64,000 bases of DNA, taken from Cladosporium halotolerans. Lineage: Eukaryota. The notes under the pieces were generated by a model that saw only the letters and a list, made by a program, of their open reading frames with translations, was not told where the DNA came from and ran no database searches. A program made the position numbers and the translations under genes. This document shows, piece by piece, positions 11,519 to 23,597 of this stretch. Where the stretch lies: the NCBI RefSeq assembly GCF_011745625.1, contig NW_027191501.1, forward strand, positions 1-64,000. Reading direction: 5' to 3'. Position 1 is the first letter of the stretch; every line of letters begins with the position of its first letter.

Positions 11519-12634
11519 AGATTGATACTGCGCGGTAGGGCTCAGCGAATTCCTGAGGGGACCAGACTGCGGCGTCTGAACGCAAACGCCGACGGATTGA
11601 TATATCGCGAAGCATCTACGTCTCCCAACGTATTTGATGGTGACGGTCATCTTCTTCGGAAACACGAGCCTCTAGATCTGGCGAGAACGCACGAGTGTAG
11701 AAGGCAACTTTGGGTTTCTCGACGGTTTCGCAAGGACACCTCCGCGACAATTCCAGACGCAAAAGACGAGCACAAGGTCTAGATCGCGAACAGCATATCT
11801 CTGAGGCCGGTCAATTGCTTGTTGTCTAAAAATCACTGCAGGCACATGCGGATGGCGTGAGGTGTTAATCCAGCGCGAACAGCGGAGGTTGCACCATCAC
11901 ATATCCAAGTGAACTGGTCTCGGTAAGACGAAGGAAGTACCGATTACAACCCATCACACGCCAGAAGAGCCAGGCAAATTTCGTTGAGGCGTAAGCTGTC
12001 CAGCTGTACACGCTTGTTCTATGCGGAAACCATGCCTTGCCCAATGCCAGGACCGAAGGCGAAGCAATGGTGGTAAACACGAATATTTCTTACGGGGGAC
12101 GATCACGCGACTAAAACGTGGGCTCATGGTGAAACAATGAAGACACGAACACAGTAGCAGGGCCCGTGAGAACGTCGGCAAACAGAAGCATCCGCAAAGA
12201 TTGCGCGAGATGGGCGTCGACACAACGCACCTCTCAAACACCCTGGGTGCCAACAATGTCGACGGCCAAACCATGGTCGTGTTTCGAGATGTTGATCTCG
12301 CAGGAAGTACAAGATCTAGACAGTAGACGTGCTTGTGTATCCACGAACAGTACCCGAGATGGCAATATCTGAGGTCCCGGTCCATAAATCACAGCGACGC
12401 CCTGCAAGACCTGCAACAGTGAGATGGCCTTACGGCTGACAGGTGCTTCCGTGCTGGGGAATATGGGGAGGGGATATTGGCAATCAAGCATCGTCATCCG
12501 CGTAAGAGCGTCAGACTCAGCGACACCTAGTGTGGGGAGAAGGCAATGTATTGGTATCTCTACTCAACCGTAGCCGACCCTCCATGGCCAGCTCAAACTC
12601 GCCATAACGCCAGACATCATATGTAGAAAGGCGC

Positions 12635-13193
12635 TTAGTTGCGGCCGCGGCCAAGGCCATCGCCGAAGCGGCGGGGGCGCTCGGCAACCTGCTGCTGCTG
12701 GACGGCGATGACGTTGACGGGGATGCTGTCGAACTGCAAGGGTTGTCAGATATTGCTTCTCTTAGCTGCATTGGGGTGCAACATACGCCCATGGACTTGA
12801 GAAGGTCCTTGGTCTCCTGGTCGACGTCGAGCATGCCGCTCTCGCTGTTCTGGGTGAAGTCGAGAGCAGACACCTCGGGGACGTACTGGTCCTTGCGCTC
12901 ACGCTCCTCCTCCTGAAGCTTGAAGGAGATACCGCGGACGGGACCACGCTGGATACGCTTCATCAGGTGGGTGGTGTAGCCGGCAATCTGGAGGATGGAA
13001 ATTAGCCGGTGTTTCCCTCTTTTGCGAGATATGCAGCAAAGCATACCTTGTTGCGCAGGCGCTTGGAGGAGATCACAGCAATCTCATCGCAAATGCGCTT
13101 GTTGGTCTCGAAGTCGAGAGTGAGGCGCGGGTAGTAGCGCTCGATGACGACCTTGGCCGACTTCTTGACCGTCTTAGTCCTGACGCGACCCAT
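12635..13193 (-). CDS. RPS17: 40S ribosomal protein S17 (eS17), 148 aa; exons 13193-13047, 12987-12787, 12733-12635
   Basis: [21 protein letters not shown]...[46 protein letters not shown], with two canonical introns. Confidence 0.97.
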
Positions 13194-13714
13194 TTTGGCA
13201 GATGTCCGCTGTGGGTTAGTAGAGGAGGTGGGTGGTGGTGATTTGCGTGAAGTCGGTGGTAAGCAGCCCTTGGAGATGTGCGACCTCGATTCAAACTTCG
13301 CGACTCGCCAAGACTCAGAAATCGGGGAGCGCACAGCTGGGTTGTCGCCTCAGGCAACAACTGCTCATCACGTGACATTGACTCCGGGAGCATGTGATGC
13401 GGCTTGCTCCCGTCCAGCTCAGAACGCCCACTACTCGTACGCGTCGACATCAACTTGATGATATGGCTTTTTCGAGGATGGAAAGTGCTCATATCACAAT
13501 GCGGTATCTGTCCCATTCGAAGGAAATCGTTCTCGTTATTCGCAACTATTAAGTATCACCGAGGTAGGCCTTCAAGAATAAAGCTCCTGATAATGCTTAC
13601 CAGGAGGTTAAATGCATCAAGAGTTTTAAAAATAGGGAATGTGGGAGAAATGTCTAAAAACTTCATCTATCTGTCAGTAACCCATTAGGACTTCCTTGAG
13701 GAAAGATCACCACG

Positions 13715-14392
13715 ATGTATCTCCCTGTCGAAATCTGTTGGCTCATTCTGGAGCAAGTAGACCTTGACATTCACGTTCGCAAGCATTACATTCTTCCCTA
13801 TCTGCTTGCAAAAACCGCCTCTGAGACTCAGGAGGCGCTCGACTTCCTGCCAGCTTATGAGCGTATCGCCTTCTACACCATCCTACCATATTGCGCGATC
13901 AACAGCGCCTTCCGCGCAGCGGCATTCAAGATCCTCCCGATGAAAACCCTCCTTGCGCAATCTCGACAACAATACCTTCGCGGGGAGACAAGTCGTTTCA
14001 CAGGAGTTACTACCATCAGCAGGCGCGTCGTCCTCCAATTGTGCCCCGACCCAATCGACATGCTCAATCTCGAGCCCAACGCTTTTCAAACCACCGACTT
14101 GGCTGGACTGAAATGGGACATCCGCGAGGCCTCGCTCGACTTCAATACCTACGCACAAGTCGAAAAGCACGTATCTGACACTCGGCGTAATTGGGAGCCA
14201 TTACTCAAGAGCATTTGCTGTCGAAACCAACGACCGAGGTGTGGTGGGCTTGATATATTGGTGGGATTGCCGCACGCGAACGACTTGCTGAAGGCGCAGG
14301 GTAGGTCTGCTGCGGAATCTGTGGCTAGGCGAGTGAGGCTCCTTAAAGGAGCCAATAAAGGATTTGGGGTGCGCACCAGGATCTTTGATTAG
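13715..14392 (+). CDS. Split-F-box-like family protein, copy 1 (225 aa, intronless)
   Basis: LPVEICWLILEQV ... LPAYERIAFYTILPYCAINSAFRAAA blocks are shared with four other ORFs in the window. Confidence 0.75.
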   Translation: MYLPVEICWLILEQVDLDIHVRKHYILPYLLAKTASETQEALDFLPAYERIAFYTILPYCAINSAFRAAAFKILPMKTLLAQSRQQYLRGETSRFTGVTTISRRVVLQLCPDPIDMLNLEPNAFQTTDLAGLKWDIREASLDFNTYAQVEKHVSDTRRNWEPLLKSICCRNQRPRCGGLDILVGLPHANDLLKAQGRSAAESVARRVRLLKGANKGFGVRTRIFD

Positions 14393-14512
14393 CGTGAGAG
14401 GCGAGAGTTTGGTTGATTAGTTTGAAGGGATTATAATTGGATGACAAATTGTTGTGATTTTGACCACAATACCCAAACGCTTAAGGCATTTAGGCAATCG
14501 ATCCCTATCTTC

Positions 14513-15481
14513 CTACTCGTTCTCAAACTTCAATCCTCCCTCCTGTCTCACAGCACCGTAGATGCCGGCAATGTCGCCCTTGCTCCCCATGTGTTTCTGG
14601 ACCATCTCCAGATGCCCATCCGCGACCTCCACAGCCTTCATCTTCGCGCCCGATGATTCTGCAAGCGACAGAGCGTGTCTAGCATCTTTCCTAGCCAGAT
14701 CAACATTGAACAGCGGTTCGTCACGCTTGTAGTAGTCGCCTTGCCTCATGCGGGTGCTGTAGGCAGTGTATGGACCAGGGAACATCGTCTCAATGAATTG
14801 GTGAAGGTTGTCCGAGCCAAGTCCGCTCTTCTCGGCCAAGGTGTGGCCTTCGGAGAGAGTCTCGACCATGTTGAGGATGAAGGTGTTGCCGATGATCTTC
14901 AGTCTGGTGGCGGTGCCGTGCGGCTGGTCCGAGAAGTCGATCTCTGCGCGTCCCATCACGCCTTTGCAGAAAGGCTTGACTCTTGCAACTTGGGCTGCTG
15001 GGCCTGCAAGAACGCAGACCAGTTGGCCATTGTCTGCCATTGCGGGTGCGCCGAAGACAGGGCAGGCCACGAACTCTGCGCCAGCATTGTTGATCGTCTC
15101 TGCCAGCTTGTTGCTGGTGTCGGGGTGAATGGTAGAGCAGTCGACGAACAGCTTGCCTTTTGCGTCTGGCGACTTCAGAGCAGTGTCGATGGTATCAGTG
15201 ATGGCTTTGTCATCTCCAACGCAGGTGAAGATGATGTCGGCCTGGGAGACGGCATCTTCGATTGAGGTGACGACCTTGGTCTTACCAGATGGCAGCGTTG
15301 AGGCCAGCTTCTCGGCTCGAGCAGTCGTCCGGTTATAGATAGCGAGAGGAGCGGCATAAGATCCCTTTTCAACGAGGTTCTTGACCATGCCACGGCCCAT
15401 GTTGCCCAGTCCGACCCAGGCCAGGCGAGGGCTGTTGCCGCTGGAGCCGCCAACGCCCAAAGTCTGCTTGATTGAGTCCAT
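14513..15481 (-). CDS. Beta-hydroxyacid dehydrogenase (3-hydroxyisobutyrate/6PGD NAD-binding family), 322 aa
   Basis: Rossmann motif GLGNMGRGM, VDCSTI, ACPVFGAP and catalytic Lys in LKIIGN. Confidence 0.9.
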   Translation of the reverse strand: MDSIKQTLGVGGSSGNSPRLAWVGLGNMGRGMVKNLVEKGSYAAPLAIYNRTTARAEKLASTLPSGKTKVVTSIEDAVSQADIIFTCVGDDKAITDTIDTALKSPDAKGKLFVDCSTIHPDTSNKLAETINNAGAEFVACPVFGAPAMADNGQLVCVLAGPAAQVARVKPFCKGVMGRAEIDFSDQPHGTATRLKIIGNTFILNMVETLSEGHTLAEKSGLGSDNLHQFIETMFPGPYTAYSTRMRQGDYYKRDEPLFNVDLARKDARHALSLAESSGAKMKAVEVADGHLEMVQKHMGSKGDIAGIYGAVRQEGGLKFENE

Positions 15482-16193
15482 CTTGAACGGATTGAGTCAA
15501 GCTGATGTTTAACACGATGGTTCCTCCAAAGATCGCTTGCTCTCTGCAGTGTAGGAAAACCGTGGAGATAAACTCGTAGATGCGAGGTCTAGTTTGAGTG
15601 TGTGTAGCTCACGGAACAGAGAAGAAGGTCAACGCAACTCCGACACAGCTATGTCCGGACGCGTTCTGGTTCAAAGCACGTCTTGGAAGACCTGGATGTT
15701 GCCACGGCTCTTGATGAGCTTGCGAGTGAGCTACATGTATGTAAGCAGAGCGATGCCGCTTGCCCGAGTCACCGTCTACGAGATGACGTGTTGAAAGCGA
15801 AGTCGGCGGTATCGTACATCAACGATCACGACAGGGTTCCGAGTTTCCCGAGCGAGGCAGGAAAATGTACGCTGTACCGGGAACAAATAGCCCACATCAG
15901 CTACGAAAGATGTTTGACGATAGAAAGCTAAAGGTGTTTGTCAGCTAGTTTACGAGACTTGAAACTATGAACGCGAACTTGTTCGACTGTTGTCACATTC
16001 AGGGCATTGTGGGAATGAAATCGTAATACAGCAACAATTTGAATTTAAGAGAGACGATTCCGGAGCCACAGAATTCATGCGAACCACCTTTGAACGCAAC
16101 AGTAGGGTGTACATCACGTTGGTGTAGCCCCAACCCTAACCCTATCATCGATGCGCCTTCGCACGTGATCGTCCCTCAGTGCGGAAGCATAGC

Positions 16194-16203
16194 CGCGTCG
16201 CGT
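16194..16203. promoter_or_regulatory. Possible tandem MCB-like element (CGCGTCGCGT) upstream of SMC2
   Basis: Double CGCG motif about 130 bp upstream of a cell-cycle gene. The motif is short and the genome is GC-rich. Confidence 0.3.
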
Positions 16204-16333
16204 CAGGTCGCGCTTACCAGAACAGGCAAAACGTTGACTTTCTGTTTACTCGCGCTGCGCTGGCTGTCAAGACGAGACAACTTCCCGCAACACTTCGGCG
16301 CCGTCGGCCACATACTAACAACCAGCAGCGACC

Positions 16334-19300
16334 ATGCGGATCACTGAGTTGATCATCGACGGCTTCAAGTCGTACGCCGTCCGCACGGTCATCTCCCACT
16401 GGGATCCCACTTTCAACGCGATCACCGGTCTGAACGGTTCCGGCAAGTCGAACATCCTCGATGCGATCTGCTTCTGCTTGGGAATCGGACGCTTCGAGCT
16501 TCTGCGCGCGAGCGGAGGCGCGAGCGACCTCATCTACAAGCGTGGCCAGGCTGGTATCACCAAGGCCTCTGTCACGCTGGTTTTCGACAACAGCGACAAA
16601 CCCAAGTCGCCGATCGGCTTCGAGGACTATGCGTCCATCAGCGTCACCCGCCAGATCGTCCTGGGCGGAACGAGCAAATACTTGATCAATGGACACCGCG
16701 CGCAGCAGCAGACCGTGCAGAATCTGTTCCAAAGCGTGCAGCTCAATATCAACAACCCGAATTTCCTGATCATGCAGGGTCGCATCACGAAGGTGCTCAA
16801 CATGAAGAGCACGGAAATTCTGGGCATGGTTGAGGAGGCAGCAGGCACACGCATGTTCGAGGACAGGAGGGAAAAGGCCTTCAAAACAATGGCGAAGAAG
16901 CAGGCTAAAGTTGAGGAGCTGGAGGGTCTCTTGCGCGAGGAGATTGAGCCTAAGCTGGAGAAACTGCGCAACGAAAAGCGCACATTTTTGGAGTTTCAGA
17001 GCACCCAGAGCGATCTCGAGCGTTTGACAAGATTAGTTGTCGCGTACGACTACGTCAAATCGAAGCAGAAGCTGCAGCAGAGTGCTTCTGACCTGACTGC
17101 AAAGAAGGAGCGCGCAGATTCGATTGAGGAGAATGCAGAAAAGCTGAAACGCGAGATTGGTGTTCTGGAGGAAGACATGGAGAAGGTTCGTGAGGCACGA
17201 GACAAGGAACTGCGCAAAGGAGGCAAATTCGCCAAGTTGGAGGAGTCCGTCAAGACTCATTCGCACGAGCTCGTACGTCTGGCAACTGTGTTGGATCTGA
17301 AAAAGGCCTCCATGGCCGAAGAACAGGAACGTTTGAAGAAGGCCCAGGCGACGGTCCACGATCTTGAAAAGCAGCTGAAGCAGAAAGCCGAGGCACATGA
17401 ACAACTGCAGCAGCAGTATGCGACAGCAAACAAGGATTTGGATGAGCAGAAGACTGAAGTCGAGAAGAAAGAAGAGCTTCTACAGACTCTGCAGACCGGT
17501 ATTTCCTCCAATGCTGGGTCGGACGGTGGCTACGCTGGCCAGTTGTCCGCAGCACGAGATGGCGCGAGCAAGGCTGGCACCGAGATTGAGCAGTCTAAGC
17601 TCAAGATCTCCCATCTGGAATCACGCATCAAAGAGGACGAGCCGCGCGCAAAGAAGGCAGAGAAGGAGAACACTGGTCTCCTTTCCGACCTGGAAGTTCT
17701 GCGAAAACAGGCTGGTCAGCTGGAGAAAGAGCTCCAAAAGCTAGGGTTCGAGCCGGGACGTGAAGAGCAGCAGCAGGCCGAAAGAACAACGATCGAGAAG
17801 CGCATTCGTGTTCTCCAAGCTGATGCCGAAGCGATGCGACGAAAGGTTGCTGGCTTGGATTTCTCTTACTCAGATCCATCTCCCAACTTCGACCGGAGAC
17901 GAGTCAAGGGTCTTGTTGCTCAGCTTTTTAACCTCCCAGCTGACAAGGCCGAGGCTGGCACTGCGCTTGAGATCTGCGCTGGCGGCCGTCTTTATAACGT
18001 CGTTGTCGACTCTGCAGAGACCGGTACCCAACTTCTCCAAAACGGCAAGTTGAGGCGTCGTGTGACTATCGTTCCTCTTGACAAGATCTCCGCGTCTAGG
18101 GCACCTGCCGACAGAGTCAACGCTGCGCAGAAGCTGGCTCCCGGCAGAGTCCACCTGGCACTGACTCTGATCGGCTACGATCACGAAGTTGAGAAGGCTA
18201 TGGAGTTCGTCTTCGGCAACACTTTGATCTGTGCCGACGCCTCGACCGCCAAGACCGTCACATTCAACCCAAATGTCCGCCTGAAGAGTGTGACTGTCGA
18301 AGGTGACGTCTACGATCCTAGTGGCACTCTCTCTGGTGGCTCAGCTGCTCAGGGAAGCGGCGTTCTCCTCACGCTACAGAAGCTCAACGCCATCACCGAG
18401 GAGCTGGAGCGCGAAGAGCAGAAGCTGGCATCTCTCGAGCGACTGATGGCGAAGGAGGCACAGAAGATGAAGTCTGCCAGGCAAATCAAGCAAGACCTCG
18501 ACCTGAAGGCCCACGAAATCTCGTTGGCCGAGGGTCAAATTGCGTCCAATTCGTCAAGCAGTATTATTGCTTCGGTCAAGGAGATGAAAGAGACTGTCGC
18601 GGCCCTGAAGATCAACATCCAGGAGGCGAAGAAGCGTCAATCTGAGGCGGAGGCGGAAGTCAAGAAGATCGAGAAGGACATGAAGGACTTCTCGGCCAAC
18701 AAGACGGGGAAGCTCGACCAGCTGCAGAAAGAGGTAGAGAAGCTGAAGAAGTCGTTGTCAAGCGCACAAGGAAGCATCAAGCCTTTGCAACAGCAGATGA
18801 GAGATGCGGGCGTTGATAGCGAACAAACCGGAAGCGATCTCTCAGCCGCCCAGGAAGAGCTTCAAGACTCCAAGACGACGCTTGACGGCCACGCAAGTGA
18901 GCTGCAAGGCCTTGAATCGGAGGGAAGGAAGGTGAGGGCATCTCACGATGAGGCACAAGCGTCCCTCAACGACGAGCGCGCAAAGCTCTCTGGCTTCGAC
19001 GATGAGCTTGCTGATCTCGAACGTGCTTCCAAGCGCAAAGCGCAGCAGATCTCTGACGAGAAGCTGGAGGCTCAGAAGTTGGGCCATGCCATTGACAATT
19101 TCTCCAAGGCGCAGCAAGCTGCTCAGTTGACATTGTCGACCATGGAGAAAGAGCACGATTGGATCCACGAAGCCGCCACTTCTTTCGGCAAACCGGGAAC
19201 GCCTTATGACTTCTCCGGAGCCAACATGGGCGAAGCCAAGTCGAACTTGAAGACTGTCACAGAGCGCTTCCAAGGCATGAAGAAGAAGATCAACCCTGCT

Positions 19301-19935
19301 GTCATGGCCACCATTGACTCTGTCGAGAAGAAGGAGGCTAGCCTCAAGCAGATGATGCGTACCGTCATCAAGGATAAGAAGAAGATCGAGGAGACGATCG
19401 AGAGCTTGGACGACTACAAGCGCGAGGCTCTGCACAAGACGTGGTCAAAGGTCAACGAAGACTTCGGCCTTATCTTCAACGACCTTTTGCCTGGCAACAC
19501 CGCGAAGCTCGACCCGCCTGAAGGCAAGGAAATCAGCGATGGTCTCGAGGTCAAGGTCTGCTTGGGGAAGGTCTGGAAGCAGTCGCTCACTGAGCTTTCT
19601 GGTGGTCAACGGTAAGTCACACCCTCGTTCCCCAAGTGTTCCTAAAACTTCAAGCTAACATCACTTCCAGCTCCCTCATCGCTCTCTCCCTCATCCTCTC
19701 CCTCCTCCAGTACTCCCCCGCGCCAATGTACATCCTCGACGAAGTCGACGCAGCGCTCGACCTCTCGCACACGCAGAACATCGGCCGCCTGATCCGCACG
19801 CGCTTCCGGGGCAGCCAGTTCATCGTCGTCAGTTTGAAGGATGGCATGTTCACGAACGCGAACCGCATTTTCAGGACGAGGTTCATGGACGGCACGAGTG
19901 TTGTCCAGGCGCTCACCCCGGCGGATATGAAGTAA
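16334..19935 (+). CDS. SMC2: Condensin subunit SMC2, 1180 aa; exons 16334-19611 and 19671-19935
   Basis: Walker [10 protein letters not shown], coiled coils and hinge, LSGGQR signature, Walker [12 protein letters not shown]. One GTAAGT...CTAAC...CAG intron. Confidence 0.97.
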
Positions 19936-20437
19936 TGAGAAAATCGAGATGGATGTAATGATGGACGCGGCATGTTTGGGCGTTTCTGGATGGCTGGGTG
20001 CAGAGATACCTCTTGGCTTGGGCATATGGGGGGTTTGGATTGTTTTTTCGTATTTCTTTGTTTTGTCAATAATTTATCCGATTTGGCATGTGTCTTTTCT
20101 TAAATTCATGTTTCAACATGATTAGAGTCACGAGTTCTTCAAGACTTGGTGCACCAAGGGATTTGCTAGTTCAGGTCTGATTTTGTAATCCTGTCGCAGT
20201 GCTGCTGCGTAATAACAACCTTCCATTGCATGTCCGACTCAATCGAACCATACTCGAAACCGTCAACTCCAACTCTCGCAATTCTCCCACCCGAACAAAG
20301 AGCCCAGCACGTCCGAACAACCTCCCAGCTCAACCACGAGCCACAGCAAACCCTCCCCTGCCCGGACGTCCACTCCCCTCCTCCAACATCACTCCAAGCC
20401 CCGAAACCCTCCACTAATCACCACAATAATCCCCTCC

Positions 20438-21292
20438 TCACTCCCAAATCCCCACAACGCCCCAAACCCCCATCTCCCTCCAAACCCCCTCCACAACCCC
20501 CTTCATCTCCTCCGCCCCCTCCCACGCGACCCCCTCCAACCCCTCCTCCGGCGCCCCCGCCAGCAACTCCACCCTCCGCACCGTCAGCAGCAGATCGCAC
20601 CGCGCCCCGTCCAGCAGCCGCGCCCGGTGCGCGCCCCACATGCGCGCGAGCGCCGCCAGCCGCACGCCCCAGCGGCTGCCGCGGTGGTGTCCGGCGAACG
20701 TCGGGCTGGCTACTAGGGATTCGTAGGTCGGCTGCGGGTAGAGCTCGAGCGTGAGGCGGGTCGGGCGCCGGTTTTGCGTCGGGGCCATGAGGAGGAGGAG
20801 GGAGGGGGCGTAGGTTTGCTGCTGCTGCGATTGGGGTTGGGTGGCGAGCCGGGGCGTGCTGGCGAGGCGGCGGGTGGGTGTGAGGAAGGTCTTGCGCAGC
20901 AGCGGGATGCTTGTTAGCGGCGGCGAGCAGGTGCGGAGCAGGACGGCGGAGAGGAAGGCTTGTTTTGCGGCGCGCCGGGTTTGGCGGTCGATGGCGTAGT
21001 AGGGGAGGATGGCTTTCCAGGCTGCGAACTCGAGGTCGGGCAGGCGGGCGGCTTGCGAGAGTTCGGTCGCGGGGCCTTGCTCGAAGACGGCGGCGACGAA
21101 GCAGGCGATGTAGGCGGGGCGGGCGGTGTGGTTTTCGTGGGTGAGGGATTCGAAGATTTGGATCCAGAGTTCGAGGGGGAGGCGGCGGGGTGGGGGTTTG
21201 ATGGTGGTGCGTTGGGTGAGTGTTTGTTGATATTGCGGTTGGAGTGGTGGGAAGTTGTCTTGGAGAGAGAGGTTCTGCATTAGTTGGTCCAT
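20438..21292 (-). CDS. Split-F-box-like family protein, copy 2 (~284 aa, intronless)
   Basis: LPLELWIQIFESL ... LPDLEFAAWKAILPYYAIDRQTRRAA and a C-terminal VWREMGVWGVVGIWE block similar to the paralogs. Start chosen at MDQLMQ. Confidence 0.75.
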   Translation of the reverse strand: MDQLMQNLSLQDNFPPLQPQYQQTLTQRTTIKPPPRRLPLELWIQIFESLTHENHTARPAYIACFVAAVFEQGPATELSQAARLPDLEFAAWKAILPYYAIDRQTRRAAKQAFLSAVLLRTCSPPLTSIPLLRKTFLTPTRRLASTPRLATQPQSQQQQTYAPSLLLLMAPTQNRRPTRLTLELYPQPTYESLVASPTFAGHHRGSRWGVRLAALARMWGAHRARLLDGARCDLLLTVRRVELLAGAPEEGLEGVAWEGAEEMKGVVEGVWREMGVWGVVGIWE

Positions 21293-21641
21293 GTTGAAGA
21301 TGATGGCGGCGGTGCGGAGGAGATGAGATGTTGGATGGCTTGTTGTGTTGTTGGGTTGCAGCTGGCGGAGGGTGTTTGACGTTGCGCGCGAAAAGGAAGG
21401 CCGGCGTTGTCGGCGACGGGTCTTCACTGCAATCTGTCCGTGGGAAAGTGAAAGGGGTATGAGCGGCAAATATGTGAATTCTCGAGTCGGCTGTTATCTT
21501 CCGTGCAAACACCAAGCTCCCACTCCCACTTATTTCTTCACGGAACGTGTCGTGCTACCATCCGCTCTAAACCCTCACAACCAGACCACACCACGGAGAG
21601 AACTCCACACCATCTCCCGTCCCCAGCCATCCGCCTCTCCC

Positions 21642-23597
21642 CTAATCAGGCTTCGCCTTATCCGCCCAACTCGGCACAACCCCCCTGCAAACCCGCACAT
21701 ACTCCTCCCACCTGGTCCTATCCTCCACGACGCCCTCGCCCGTCCAAAACATCGTCCACCCGCTCCCCGGAATCGTCCAGCTCCCACTAGCCCGCTCAAA
21801 ATACCACTTGTTAACCGGATTGTCCACCCTGCTTCGCCAGCAGACTCCATGAGGAAAGCACGTGCGCGCCATGGCCTGGAAGACGATGTCCGCGACGCCC
21901 GCGGAGCCCTGGGATGTCTGGGCGACGGCGAACTTGTCGAGGTAGGGGACGGGATTGGCGGAGCCGGGGGGTTGCTCCCAGGTGAGGATTGCGCCGCCCT
22001 CGTAGTCGCCGGCTATGATGAGGCCGGCGGTGCGGCCGGCGATGCGGGAGAGGTAGTGGTCGACGTCGAGCTTGCGGCGGAAGGAGTCTTCGATGAGGGC
22101 GACGAGGCGGGGGAGGTTGATGCGGGGGTCGGTGCGAAGGTTGAGTGGGCTGGGCGTGTTGGGTGCGGGCGCGGGCCAGCCGATCCAGCGGTCCGCGGAG
22201 GGGATGATCGTGAGCGGCATGCCTTTTTTAACGAGGGTGGCGGTGGGACGGGAGGGGGATGGAGAGGTGTCGGGGGAGGGCAGGCGGGCGAGAGGCAGGG
22301 AGGAAGAGACCAGGGGTTTGTTGGTGAGAAGGTTGTGGATTAGGGTGTTTTTTTGCTGGCGCGTGCCGGTACGGATGGGCTCGCCTTGGGTGCGGCCGCG
22401 GGAGGAGATGGCGGCTTCTTCGGGCGTGATGATGAGGGCAGAGGAGGCGGAGGGCAGCATTGCGAGGCATTGGCGGGTAATGTCAAGGTTGGCGTGGTGT
22501 TGGCGGTATTGTGCTGCGGGGTTGCCGGTGTTGCCGTTTAGGAGTTCTTTGCTGATGGAGTCGAATTCTTGCTCCAGGTTGATGAAGATGTGGGCGCCGT
22601 CTCCGCGGTCCTTGCTAGGGATTCCGCCGACTGGATCGAGCATGATGATGCGATCCAGGGATACCGGGTCGGGATATTCTGCGTGGCTGCCAACTTCAGG
22701 CGAAGCGCCTTGGCCTGACAGCTGGGCAGTCAGGGCTCGCATGACCTCGGCGAGATTTGTTGAGGTCAAGTGTCCAGAGTTGGAATAAGCAAGGGTAGGG
22801 ACGATGGTGACTGCACCTCGCTTGAGCGGGTGCAGCAGAAGCTGAGGCATCGACACAATTGCACCAGTCCCGCCCAAGGAGTCAGCCATGTCCGCACAGC
22901 TCATGGCGTCTGGCACGAAACGTGCACCCTCAGGACTATGGTTGGAAATAGCCTTGACCAAGCGATCGCCTTGTTCGGTGAGCATGTCCCTCCTAGCGTG
23001 CAGGTCCTGGTGATGCACATCGCCCAGATCTACGCAGTCAATGGCGAGCAAAATGCGCATGTCCAAGCGGACGAGCTGGGACAGTGTGGCGGCCAGTCCG
23101 TCCAGAAGGCCATCGTCCAGACTCTCAGGTGACCGCAGTGATGCCAATGCAGTGTGCATAGGCTTAGGCTTGTTGGCAACCTTCTCCGGAACGAGCTCTC
23201 TGGTGAACTGAGGAGTGTCTGCTATTGACCTCGCTGGAGCATAGAGTCCGCCCAAGTTGACGCCCATCCGATCGACGCGGTCCTGATCACGGCGGTGTCG
23301 GGCATTTCGTTCGTCCTGTGGCGATGGTCTCGCAGGTGCTGGCTTCGGTTCCTTGAATCGAGACAGATACTGCTTTGCGTCTCGCTTGGTGGCGTTGGCA
23401 GTCAAGACGTGCATGAACAAGTCTCTGGACACGCGGGGATCCTCGTCCACGCGGGCGGCGGGCGGCTTGCCATTGCTGCGAGGACCAGCGGCGTTGCCAA
23501 ATTGGCGGGATGATTCGTAGGCGGTGAGGCCGGCGACGGTCTTCTTAAGTGCCCCGAACGCGCTTGCCTTTCCAGACGCCAACATAGAGGTAGTCAT
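21642..23597 (-). CDS. ARG2: Mitochondrial amino-acid N-acetyltransferase (N-acetylglutamate synthase), 651 aa
   Basis: ATKRDAKQYL, IIMLDPVGGIP, HIFINLEQEF, LIHNLLTNKP and C-terminal GNAT/DUF619 motifs YLDKFAV, WRSRVDNPVNKWYFERASG. Confidence 0.93.
   Translation of the reverse strand: MTTSMLASGKASAFGALKKTVAGLTAYESSRQFGNAAGPRSNGKPPAARVDEDPRVSRDLFMHVLTANATKRDAKQYLSRFKEPKPAPARPSPQDERNARHRRDQDRVDRMGVNLGGLYAPARSIADTPQFTRELVPEKVANKPKPMHTALASLRSPESLDDGLLDGLAATLSQLVRLDMRILLAIDCVDLGDVHHQDLHARRDMLTEQGDRLVKAISNHSPEGARFVPDAMSCADMADSLGGTGAIVSMPQLLLHPLKRGAVTIVPTLAYSNSGHLTSTNLAEVMRALTAQLSGQGASPEVGSHAEYPDPVSLDRIIMLDPVGGIPSKDRGDGAHIFINLEQEFDSISKELLNGNTGNPAAQYRQHHANLDITRQCLAMLPSASSALIITPEEAAISSRGRTQGEPIRTGTRQQKNTLIHNLLTNKPLVSSSLPLARLPSPDTSPSPSRPTATLVKKGMPLTIIPSADRWIGWPAPAPNTPSPLNLRTDPRINLPRLVALIEDSFRRKLDVDHYLSRIAGRTAGLIIAGDYEGGAILTWEQPPGSANPVPYLDKFAVAQTSQGSAGVADIVFQAMARTCFPHGVCWRSRVDNPVNKWYFERASGSWTIPGSGWTMFWTGEGVVEDRTRWEEYVRVCRGVVPSWADKAKPD

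Noticed and set aside
11520..12500. Short ORF fragments between lgd1 and RPS17 (possible decayed gene)
   Set aside because: No motif, codon bias or similarity to the F-box-like family could be established by eye.
14400..14515. Stop-codon readthrough to cryptic PTS1 signals in the dehydrogenases and other enzymes
   Set aside because: None of the stops I inspected has a TGA-CTA context, and the dehydrogenase extensions do not end in an SKL-like tripeptide.
16128..16145. Telomere-like CCCTAACCCTA upstream of SMC2
   Set aside because: Fewer than three units; at most a transcription-factor site, not an interstitial telomere.
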